From Yuukianura sp. NJ FZ-2021 (lineage: Eukaryota), in assembly GCA_046563655.1 (NCBI GenBank), contig CM102285.1, positions 8,556,001 to 8,620,000 of the forward strand: 64,000 bases of DNA. The letters are read 5' to 3'. Every line of letters begins with the position of its first letter. The first letter of the stretch is position 1. Positions 8,393 to 20,300 of the stretch are shown in pieces. The notes under the pieces are model-generated. The model searched no databases. It saw nothing but the letters and a program-made list of their open reading frames with translations, and was not told the origin of the DNA. A program made the translations under genes and the position numbers.

Positions 8393-11365
8393 GCAATTAC
8401 AACTCCAGCGCAGTACCAATCACATCTTTGCGTCTTACACTTAAACAGGGAAAGTGTTTGGCTAAATTCGGTGAAAACATTAGTGGAAAATCATACCAAT
8501 TAAGGTATTAAATACGGTATGTCGTACCAAGTAAAGTTGGGTGCAGTTTCACTCCAACGTTTCAAAAATTTGCTAGGGATTGATTGGCAGCATTAATTTG
8601 AAAATTTCATTTTCTGCTATATTTCTGTAAAGCCATCAAGAGGAGAGAAGAAGGATGAAATGTCGTCGTGAAGCTGATTTAAAAATGTGTCTTTCGTGTT
8701 TCTCTTCAAAGATGCTTACACTTTTTGCCCAACTTACACTTCTACTTTATTCCTTGTTGAAACGTAAGATTTTCCAAAGCCAAGTGCAACTAAACTAATG
8801 GTGACAGTAAATTATTCATGGGAAGCTCTTCCCCTTCCCGCGTCTCTTAAAGTTCCTTACCCCTTGTCAACATATTCGACGGTTACCGTTGAATCCCAGT
8901 TCTTACGATTCCTTCACGCAGCACTGATCCATGTCCAACAAAAGCTTTTCGTCCCACCACCACCGTAAGATTTACTCCAGAATTGAATGCCCAATTAGTT
9001 GAACTAGAGAGCTTTGTACTAGAAACATTGTCACCAACAGTACTTACAGTCTCGGCAAAGTTCCAGCGTGTAACCGAAACGACAGTTCTCACAACCTGGG
9101 GCCACTTTTCCAAAGACTTCTAGTACCACTGTATGCTCCGTCGTGACGAAATCCATAATGATGCGAATCGAATGCGGTGAACAAGTGTGTCCAAGTTCCC
9201 TTGGCTCGCGTCCTCTCACCTCTACCCACCAGAACCAGAATGCGTTCAGTGGTGTCGGTTTTGGATTTATTAGAACAACCTCATCAGTAACCACTGCGTC
9301 TCACCGCTCGCATTATTTAGCCTAACCAAAATAACCCCAAATATCCTCATCTCTCCATTCACAAAGAAAAAACTGTCACTTCTGTCAGTAAGTTCAATTT
9401 CGTGGTCAAGGATGTTGCCGCATTTTACTCAAACGAAACCGAAAGTGAGTGGAAGATTAGTCCAATCATGTGAAAATTCTGAAAAACTGTAATGCATAAT
9501 TTCAATTCCGGAAAAAAATCTCCCGTGGGCTCCTAAAAGAAATTTCAGCAAGTCTTCAGTTGATGTTGACAAAGGTGGTAAAACGGCATCGAACTGGAGG
9601 AAAATTTTGAACTCGCTTACATTATCTAGTTAGCGTAGATCTCTCACCTTAAAAATTAATGCAAATTAATAATTATGATTGGAAATTTGTCATTGGAGCT
9701 GCTCTTTTTAAGAATTTGTTCTTTTGAATACAAATAAAATATGCACCAGTTACTATTTCTGCTTACAGTTGAAAGTGATGCTGATCAGATTAGGTGACAA
9801 GAGATCTGCGTTTATTGCATTGTTCCAGTTTAAGCGACTGCTGGAGCTTGTACTGGAAGGACAGGCATAAATAATGACAATAAAAGCGATGAAATGGAGG
9901 ACAACGGGACTTGGATGAAAGCAAACCCACTCTTGGTCCTCATCTCTTTCCTAAGCATTTGGCACTTTGTTTCCCCTGGTCTTACACTTTTATTACTATT
10001 ACAAGTCGAAGGATGAGGGGAGAAATATACCACAACTCGTTCAACTATTCTTCCTTTCCTTTCAATCTTCAAGTTCAGAAAATCTTAAATTTTGGATTCT
10101 TAAAAGATGTGCTGCTTAAAACCTATTTAAAACCGATTGTGGGTGAGGTTACAGAAATTTTTTTCTGGTTGCTTTCTCCGCTTTGAAAGATCCATAATGC
10201 ATTCAAGGTCGTTTTACGCAAATTCAAGATCAACGTCAAGTCAACATGATGCACTGCATCAAATACGTTAATTCAAGCCATATTATTGCCGTTAATTGAT
10301 TTAGAAGAACACCAAATTTTTGTGTTAAAGTTCAATTCCGAAGGAAATTTCTATTTGTCGGGTTGGAAAAGTAAATGGAAAAACCAGTTTTGGAACCATT
10401 TCAACATCCAAAAATTTGAACTTGCTATTTACCACTTTTCCGTTTTACACGGCTCATTTATACTTCCAGTCCAGCTACGCTGGAAATCAAGTTGACGTTG
10501 AACGTTTATCTGTTTCTTATTTCATAGATTTCAAAATTGACATCATTCTGGTTCGACCAAATTATATTCACTTCTCTCCGTTTTAATGCAATTTTAGAAC
10601 AAAATATTCCCCCAAGTATCGTTGTGAAATAAAAATCCATTTTTTAAAATCAAAGCTTTCTTGAAATTTTTTTTCCTGTTAAACTTTAACAACATGAAAT
10701 CAAATTAAATTGTCGTGTTTGGCAGTTTTACGTCAGTCTTTGGGAGGAAATATGCCCTCATGGCCCTTGTCGGTGGGTTTCAGTGGTTTTGGTCGTAGGG
10801 GAAGCCTCAGTTTGAGTTTATTAGAGCCATAGAGCCGATGGAATGCGAGTCGAAGGGAGTTCTGAGGCTGCCAACGGAGCTAGGTTGGAGTCGGTTTGAA
10901 CGAGACCGCCTTCCGCCGTCGTTTGACCACCAATGGGAACCAGAATCTACCCATTGGGTACTCCCTGCAAGCCAAATCCAGGCCCAATGCCCACAATACC
11001 CCAAAATACCCACACTTTTTATTAACCCCACAAGCCCCACATTACCAGACCCACTTTTTAGCACTCCCAACCACTTGCTTTATTATTTGAGGCTCCCCGA
11101 CCCAGGCCCAGTCCAGCCTTAGTTCTTCTTCGCCACGAAGCCGAGCTTGGTAACCACCCGTGTTTGCTCTTTTGTGGCTACCCGGCTGCCCACCTTAATT
11201 CACGCCACAAATTCCGAAACTGGATCAGCCACAAATCCACAGTGAGCGTATAGCCACTAGTTGTCTAGTTAAGCCCTTCACAGTCAGTGCACGCGACCAT
11301 CACCACCGACAAGCACTGGCGAATAGTTGTGGTTCCTGGACAGTTTTTGAGTGGCCAGTGTTCTA

Positions 11366-14300
11366 ATGTCATTAGTCGTCAATAAGGGAGCGTCGGTGGG
11401 CTGCTTGGGCCCACCAATGCATCACCACCACCAGTACCGGCCCCACCCGCACCACGCACACTTTCCCCACCACCAGATTCCCAATGCCATGCTGCCCTTT
11501 GACACGATGGGACTCTATGAACCACAGCCCAAACCTCGTTTCTACTTTAAAATGCCGCGTGTAGTTCCTGATCAAAAGAATAAATTCGAGTCTGATGAAT
11601 TGTTCCGTAGACTAAGTCGTGAAAGTGAGGTAAGCAACTTTCTCTTTTCGTTTTTACAGAAAATATACTAACTTTTTTATGCTCCGAAAGTGCATGCATT
11701 TTTTTTTAAAGTGAGCGGTGAAAGTTTACTTTCTTTCGCTCCACAAATCGCTATCTTGACTCTTATTAATCCTCACTTTGATTAATATCGGATGAGTAAA
11801 TCTTGGCAAATTTTTGTGTAACACCGCGAGACCGAGGTTGACATATGGTAATTGGCAGCGGCAGCAAACCACGACCACTTACCGCAGCAGAATCCATGCG
11901 GGACGTGGGCGAGTCATTCATCTTACTAGCACACTTTTTCAAACAAAGTATTTTTTGCCAAATTACAAAGTTTTCGAAGTTTATTCCATAACTTCACAAA
12001 AAATGTCATTTTCTTAGCATCTTTTGTTTCTCTCTTACTTTTTCCAAAATGACAACGCTAGGTTACTCTCAGACTCTTTGAAGAACAAGTTTTCTTAAAT
12101 TTCCTCATCTCGGCTCATTTCAGACGAATTCATTTTATGCTTGGAGTGTTTTGCGAACATAAAGTTAATGTTCCAGAACCAGGTGAAACAAGCTTTGTGA
12201 AGCTTTTCTAGCTCAACTTCAATTTCCAAAATTCATGTCAATATTTTAAGTCAAGAAAATGGGTTTTTGAACTGAGACTCGAAACATAATGAAGCGTTGA
12301 CATTTGGAAGTACTTTTTCCATGGTTAAAATTTGTCGTAACAAAGTGCTCCAAACTTTGTTAGCTTAACGACTTGAATCATTAGAAGCAACAAAAGATCA
12401 CTAAAAATTTCCAGCGCATGACCATTTCAGTTTGGCTTTTCCTTTGTAATTCCGAACAGGGCAAGACACGCTGAAATTTTACAGCTCATCAATATCTTAG
12501 CAGACTTCGACGTTTCAATTTTGCAAATGACTACGTCTCGGTCCTAATTTTTTTCCTTGTAAAAACTTTCCGTAGGTGCGATATACAGGGTTCAGAGATA
12601 GGCCACAAGAAGAGAGACAAATGCGGTTTCAAAATGGATGCCGGGAGGGACACACAGAAGTCGTAAGTTTACTGCTAACTTAACTCAGTAACTAGTTTAA
12701 TTTAACCCAACTTATCTCGCTTTAGCCTAACTTTTAATGACTCTTCATTTCCACTGAAAGAAAAGCATAGCCATTCCGATTAGACCGAAGACGCTCAATA
12801 TCACCCGGGACTCTTTCCATTTAAAAACAATCAGCAATTAAGAGCTCTTAATTTAAGCGCTGCCAAATGCACGAGCAGTTTCTTATCTCAAGTTTTCTTA
12901 AACCGCGATTCTAAATATCGTATGCTTACGCTGCTAAGTGCTGAGCAACATTTAAACGGCAGAGCAAGCAAAAAGGCTAGGAATGAAGAAGATCCGTTTC
13001 AAAATGCTTGTTCTAACTTATGCTTCGTCGAAGATTAGATTTCTGCTCAAGAAATCACTGAAGCTGCACGGAAAAAGTGGCTCGGAGGGGCTTGATAAAA
13101 AAGAGGCTTGGGAAGAAGATGAAGAAGAAAAATCAATTTTCTGGGAAGTTGACGCCAGTTTCTGGGAAATAATGATTGGATTTGGGACCATTACGGGGGG
13201 AAACGGAAGAAGATGAAATTCGGTACTTTGAGAACAGCAGAAGGAAACTTTGGAACACCAAAGTTTGTTCTTATGGTGGGAACATAGTTTGTGCTGAGGA
13301 CGAAATGGAAGTTTAGAAGGAGACGGATATTATTGCAATTACGATGATGATGATGGTCGTTTGATTTTTTGGAATTGGGAAAAAAGTTTCTTTGGACGAG
13401 AGATTTTTGGCAGAAATTGTTCCGTTGTAATGGTGCCAATAAGTTGTGGAAGTATTTTCCAATGTTTTCTGTTTGTTACCTACCAGCCGCTACACTTCTT
13501 TCAAAAACTAGAAGTCGAAATTTTGAAAAAGAATAAATTCGAATTTGTTTGCGTTCATAAATTACTTTGAAGAAAATCGTCGATAAAGTTCGTAAAATAT
13601 TCCAATAAAGTAGCAGAGTTTTACACTCCGTGAGCCTTCCGGTTTCTTCTCGATTTTCACGATTTTGTAACTTGAATTTCATTTTATACGATTTTTTACT
13701 TCACAAAAAAATTTGGGCTTCTTTCAAAAAACTTCTTTTCCGACAAAGTATTAAACTGCCGACTTTTCAAAACAAATAAAGTCAAAAAATCCTGGAGCAA
13801 GTTTTTTCGTTTTCGAAAAAGATGAATCCCTACCGCCGGTGTCTTATTGTCGTTACCACTAGCATGCTTACACTGCAGCGCTTTTTTTTTCAAATCTGGA
13901 CGAACACCCGAGGAAGCAGAAGTGTGCAGAACAGACAACCGTCATCTGGATTTTAGTTTTTTACTTAAAAAACCGACCCGATTCCAACATGGCGCCCAAA
14001 TTTTTACGACGCCTACTCTGCCAACTTTGGTCTCTTCTTTCTCCCCCATCACTTTCTGCGCTGCCTGTTCCTAACCAGATTAGCAGAGCACAGGGGGAGG
14101 AGGGGAGCTCTTGAAGCTCAAGAGATTTCGAAAACTCCGAATTATGATTCTCAATTCACCGAAATCGGATCTTTTGGAGAATTGAGGCCAAAGGGCATCC
14201 AAAAAATGACGTTGGGGTGGATGAAGAATGAGGAGGGTTGAATTCTAGCCTTGAGCTCAAAGCCCTTTCAAACATGTTCAAACAAAAGAGAAAGCTTTCT

Positions 14301-17300
14301 CATTGGCTTCCATTTCCCATCAGTCACTATCACCCCTCGAATCGAGCAAAAAATCCTAGCGTCTTTTTTGAATTTCGATTGAATCGATTTTTTGAAAATG
14401 TTTTTTATTCTATTTTTTATAGGCTTTCGTTGCAACTGGTACAAATCTTCAATTAGTCTTCAATCCCGTGAGTAACGGTTACCCTCCTCACCTCGACCTG
14501 CGTGACTGCGACTTTGACAAGGAACCTGGAAAGGTGAGTTCGAAATTTCGAAATTTTGAAAGTCCAAACTAAAGTTTAACACAAAATTACGGTGAAGCCA
14601 AACTGGAAACTCCGCTTAACATAAAAACATGCAGACCAGGGAGTCTCTCATCCGAAAATTTGTGAAACCCGCCGTGGCAGAAAACTTTCCCCCTTTGTTC
14701 CTATTAATTAACACTCCTCGGCTAGGAGTCCTAGGAGGCTAGAAGACGACGTAGTTTCCATTTTAATTAGTTTTGATTAAACAGTTCCACTCCCGAATTA
14801 ATGAGCACAAGGGAGTTTCAAACTTTCATTTTCCGCATCTCCACTCACTCACAAGAGACTTGAACAATTTACACTTGAAAAAGTCTGACACTTGAAAACC
14901 CTACACTTGAAGACTTCTTTTCCTAATGAGGACACAATGAACTTTTTGGGAAAAAGAAAAGTTTAATCCTCAGGATTTTCATGGAATTAGTCAAGCGTCT
15001 TCTCAAACTTTATGTAAAGATGATGATCCAGGCTTAGGAAGTAGTTTTATGTTAGGATTTTAGTATTCAGGACTCGGAAGAAGAGGAAGTTGGTGTTGAT
15101 TGAGTTAAGGGCGGAGACTTAAGTCATCCTGGAAGTTAATAACTTGATAAGTGGAGATGGTCCTTCAGTTTGGTCGTTGTTTTAAAAACAATTGTTGAGG
15201 GACCACCAAATAAGCTTTTGTTTTTTGTTGTTTAGTTTTGATCCGGAAAGAGAGTAAAAGTGTGTATAGTAATTACGAATTAGTAATCGTAAGGAGATGA
15301 AGGGAAATCAAGAGTTAATGGACACTCAACACGGACAGAGAGAGATTCGGGAGCTCGATAGGCAGCTGTCGCTTGTTCAGAACATGTTCAGAACATGATC
15401 TTGGACACGCCCACTCCATTGTTTTAGAACGGGCTAATTGAGCCATGCGTTAAGGCTTTACATGGGGTGAAGCTGAGCTCATAATTACAAAGATGAACAA
15501 CTTCATATCTATATTTACACTTATATCACACGTTTAAGACAACCTCTGATAGGAATCTAATGTTCTTGGAAGATAGATTGAGGGAAAAAATATGTTATAA
15601 AAATATTTTTATATGTATTATATGTTTTGATATGGACCTTCTGGATAGACTAACAATTGAAAGCCATTAAGCCACTTCTTAAATGCTACTTGTCTTATTC
15701 TCACTTCCGTTCTTCTCCAGTAACTGCTCGTGCCTATCTAAAAACACGTTTTTATGTTTTTTGTCAAAAGTGAGATGAAATATAAAACCGAATTTTTTTC
15801 ATCGTAAAAAATGATTTCCGAAATCATTTTGCGTAACAAATTTTATAGTTTTTTCTGGAAGATCCAAACACTAAAGATCTTAATCACTGGAATCCCAAGG
15901 CTGAAAACTGTGTTGTTGTGTGTTCACTTTTCCGAAAATTTTTGGTTAGCCAAACTTTTACGACTTTTGTCAGGTAAAATTTCATAGATCCAACTACTAG
16001 AAAAAGGCTTTTCGTATTTTTTGGAATTTTGCAAAGAAAATTGGTCTTGTAATTGTTACTATTAGCACAAGGCGTTTATGTGTTTTTGCAAGTTACAAGT
16101 TAGAGGTTTTGAAAAGTCCTGCAGAATGGAAGCTTCCGAAGGCATAATTAAGCCGTATAAAAGCCAGGGAGAAAATGAGGTGATGGCACTGTAATTTTCA
16201 AATCCTAAAAATTGGACATGGTAATTTTCAAAATAGAAAATAAGGACAAGACGCTCACTGTTTTGAAATCGCTACACAGCATTGTTCAACTGCACGTCAA
16301 GTTTAATAAGACGTTAATCTAGTACATGGGAGCTCATGTTAATCATTCTCACGTTGTTACTCGTAATTACTAAATTGACGTTCTACGAACAGTTAGAATG
16401 AAGTCATTTTCTTTAGTACTTGAAGTAAGGAAGCGTTTTTGTGTTTCCCCGCCCCAATTGCAGCCAGACAGTATTCTGTTCTAACTGCTGGTGTTAAGTT
16501 TAATGTCAAAGTTGAAAACTGAAAAGTTTGGAATGATGTCTGTAATGATAGATTGAGTGGCGTAGGTGACCCCTTGAGTGTCAGGCCTTGTTGAATTATG
16601 ACCCCTTGACTCAAGGGCCTGTCAAAGTGGGTACGTGCTAAATGACTTAATTGAGAAGTGTTGTGAACAAGGGCGATTAAGGTCCCGGGGCCAGCAGAAG
16701 TGTAGGATGGAGTGTTTTGGCGTGGGGCTAAAGGCGTGTCACATGAAGAATGGTCACTTAAGTCACCGTGGCACTTAGGCCAGGGTCCCTTCAGAGGCGG
16801 AAGTTTGTCTCAATTACTTGGAAAGTGAGCTTGTTTCCTTGTTGTCAAAATGAATGAAGCAGACGACAATTGTTTCGGCAGTTGGCTTATATTCCTAAAG
16901 TTCTAAACAATTTCACACTTTGGACATAGAAACCTTCTTCCTGGATACCTTGAGCTTGTCACCGTGCCTTTTCCACACGCGCCGTGTCCATAATTTGTCA
17001 ACGGCGGGGACACGCAGGAGGGTTAAACAAAGTGCTTCCAAAAAGTTCTAGAAAAGTTTTTCTTGAATTTGTCTTGCCTTTGTCTATAGCCATTTAGACT
17101 GGAAAAAATTTAAGGCCTTTTTGGAAAATTTTGAAAAAAGAACCTTTTAGAAAGAATTTCGTTTTTAGAAAATACGAGCACAGACCAATAAAATCTTTCA
17201 ACAAGAAATTCCCGTTCCAAACGTACAGTTTGAAACTCATTATGTCATAAAGTTTCTCCAAACAAAAGAGGCAAGAGGTGACAACTTCTAAGAAAATTTC

Positions 17301-20300
17301 TAGAAAAACGTTTCAAAGGCCAGAAGGAGGAGAGGAATCAGTGGCGGTTAAGGGCTCGTCTGTTTGTTTCCAGATTTTGTTAAGGAACACGTCCCTTGAG
17401 TCCCTTAACTTAAGTTAGGTCCTTGACCAAGGGCCCACCATGCCATTGTAAATCCTTTGGGATCAGTTGGACACGGACAGGATGAAGGGCCCATTGGGAT
17501 CCACGTGCCGAAGAATCTGTTAGTTCAGAGGAATGGCCAGACCCAAATTACTATTGTCTTCTGCTGGTCAATTTCTTATGTTCAGTTCTTTTGGCAAAGT
17601 GTTTGTTCCTAATTGTTCATCTTTTGAAGTAGGGACAATCTTTTCTGAAGTGTACCTGAACCTTAAGTGACTGAAGTGAGGACCCTTGAGAATCTTAAGG
17701 GTCCCTCGATGACAAACTGCTGGTCATCCCAATTTGTCTGTACCTTCAGCATTTACATTCTCAAATAGTAACAAGTATCGTTAAATTCTCTTTTATTCCA
17801 AGCCTCTTCAAATTCTGCCTCAGCCCTTCTTTCTTTTCTTTATTCGTCAATTCGGCACGGTTTCGGAAAACCTTTGGACTTTTGTTCAAACAGAACAGTG
17901 GGTTGTTCAAAGCATTTTTCAAACATCTCTTGTATTCAAATTCATAAAACACAAAATTTATAAAGTTTAAAAAAAAAAGTGAACCTCTACAAAGATTTTG
18001 ACCAATGTCCGCCCAGACATTAATTTTCAATAAAAAGCGTAATGAAACTACGTTTTAAACAATGAAACAGAAATAAAATTTCTATTTAAACTCGTACTAC
18101 TGGTTTTCGAAAACCGGTTTTTCAAAAAGTTGTTCATCAGCGTCTCCAGCCCTCAGACACCATCTTGAAGGGACCTTGATTTATGTCGACTTGCCTCCAA
18201 ACCGAACCAGTCGAAGTCATTATGTCATTTTGAAATTGTGCAAATTCTGGGAGAAACGCGTATTGTCCCAATGAAAACAGACCTGTCAGTTACAGCAGGG
18301 CCTCCCGCTTTTCAACTTCCAAAATTAATTTTAATGTTCGAAAAGCTGCCCCGCCCTCAAGTTTTTTAAACAATGATTTCCGTTTTTAAAAAATTGACAC
18401 TCCAGGACCAACCCCTTTGAGCATCTGCCTCACTTTCTCTCTCGGTGGCTATCAACGACCGCCCCTTCTTCCTCCTTCTAATGTCACTTTGACATGATTT
18501 TCAAAAAACTAAAAAAAAAAACTTTAAAAAAATTTTTCGTTAAAAACGTCTTCCTTTCCGCAACGCCCATTCAATGAATTCGAATCTCCGCCTTCTGTTC
18601 TAATTCATGTCTCACAGGTAACACTTAATGTACGCGTCTAACTTAAGCATTTTCCAGCAGTGCACTGCATGACCTTTGACCTTTTTTTTAATAAACCTTT
18701 TTTTTTGAAAATGTTAATTTTGACAATAGAGTTTGGTGAAACAATAGAAACGTAAGAGAATGCATAGGTTTTTTGAGTTTGCTCTTCGAGGGGAAAGTGA
18801 GGCTTATCAAAATTTAATTTTGGAAATCCTTCTTGAGTACTTTTTAATAAGTTTTCATCTTTTCAAAAGAAGGAAAATTTGGGAAAAGAAACTTCCGAAT
18901 GAGCCATATGCTCTCCCCTCCTTCTTTTGCTTTTGAAATAATTCTTGTAATCAAAATTATGACTATTTCCATCGAGTCATTAATTAACTCCACTTTCTCC
19001 AAGTCATGAGAGTGCATGAAAACTTTCTCCTGGCTTTCGACTACTTAATGCTGCCCATTCCTCATCTTTGGAGGGGATTAGAGTAATTTATGGGGTGAAT
19101 TAGGAGGCAAGGAGCAGTGTCAGGACGCTGCGTGGGTTCTGGAAGGTTTTGACGGCGTTGTGGCAGTTCTGGAAGAAGGGAGAGCGGAGAAAGCAAGTTC
19201 TGGAGTTCGGTTTTTGTATGGCGCAGCGCCGACGCTCTAAGCTTGTTTCAGTTCTCCACGCACATTGATTCCTTACATATTTTATTACTGGAGAGGAAAC
19301 CAAGCGAAACAGGCCCTACCACCACTCCATAGCTCCCTTCTGCTGGAACGTGTTTGGACTTGGACAGACTACGAAAGCACATCACGAACTTCTGCCTTAT
19401 TCTTGGCAGCATCCCTCTGAACGGATGCTTTCTCCAAACTTCCTTTCTTCCTGCTCAAGAGAAAGTTGTTCGCTCTAAAATTCATAATGGCTCCGCAGCA
19501 TTTGGTAGATTTGGTATCCGCAGATCCTAATCTCATAAAATATATAAACAGCCAGTAGAGTCTTCTTCTCGGTCGGTGCAGCTTTAACTTCCGCCGAGTA
19601 AGTCCTACGCGTGTTAAGTTCAGGAAGTTATGCGTGCTACCAATGTCCAAAAATTTGTTGAATTTTTAGAATTTTGAGTTTTGGATTTGAAAAAAAAAGT
19701 TAACCAAGGCGACCAGATTCCGCGAAACAAATGTAACTAAAGTTTAGACAAATTTTGGTACATAAAATCAAATTTTTTTTATATCGACGTCCAGTTGTTA
19801 ATAGAAGTGTGATTGGCCTTATGCTGACAAAAAATTTCGTTGTTCCTTGCAATTTCGTTTCATTCTTTAGCGTTTGATTGATGAAAGGCAATTGAGCAGA
19901 AGTAAAAATTGGAATAGTAGGGAACCAACGAGGGATTTTTCGTACTTTTGTCGGAACTTTTAGGCAAAGGACTTTTTGCTGTTTCTCGTAAACGATTCCG
20001 GAGGTCTAGAGTTTGTAAGCGTCCGACATTTCGGTTCGTTGAGTTTGAAGTGTTCCTCACATGACGAGATGACTGAAGGACTTGGAAACGATGCTCACTT
20101 AAGAGGGTACTTGAGTAGACATCAATTACAGGTAGACAGGAGGACTCGAGTCCCTTTAGTCCTCGGAGCATATCACCCACTTCAAAGTAATACGCATTGT
20201 CCAAGATCAATCGCCCACAAACACCGCCTCACGTTTCTTACCCAAGCACATCTCCCGCTTTTTCAAAGAAAATTTGAATTCTGGAATCGACAGCTCTCAA

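Noticed and set aside
8798..9390. Thr/Ser-rich short ORFs and a donor CA|GTAAGT near 9388
   Set aside because: Frames are interrupted by stops and match no family I recognise; could be a non-coding upstream exon of CBF-beta but cannot be supported.
12836..15830. Isolated palindromes AATTAAGAGCTCTTAATT (12836-12853), TTCGAAATTTCGAA (14539-14552), AAAATGATTTC-C-GAAATCATTTT (15808-15830)
   Set aside because: AT-rich, isolated and without a shared core; the second lacks the third unit of a heat-shock element.
16191..16250. Degenerate 30-bp tandem duplication (GTAATTTTCAAA...GGACA)
   Set aside because: Two diverged units with no spacers; ordinary local duplication, not a CRISPR-like array.
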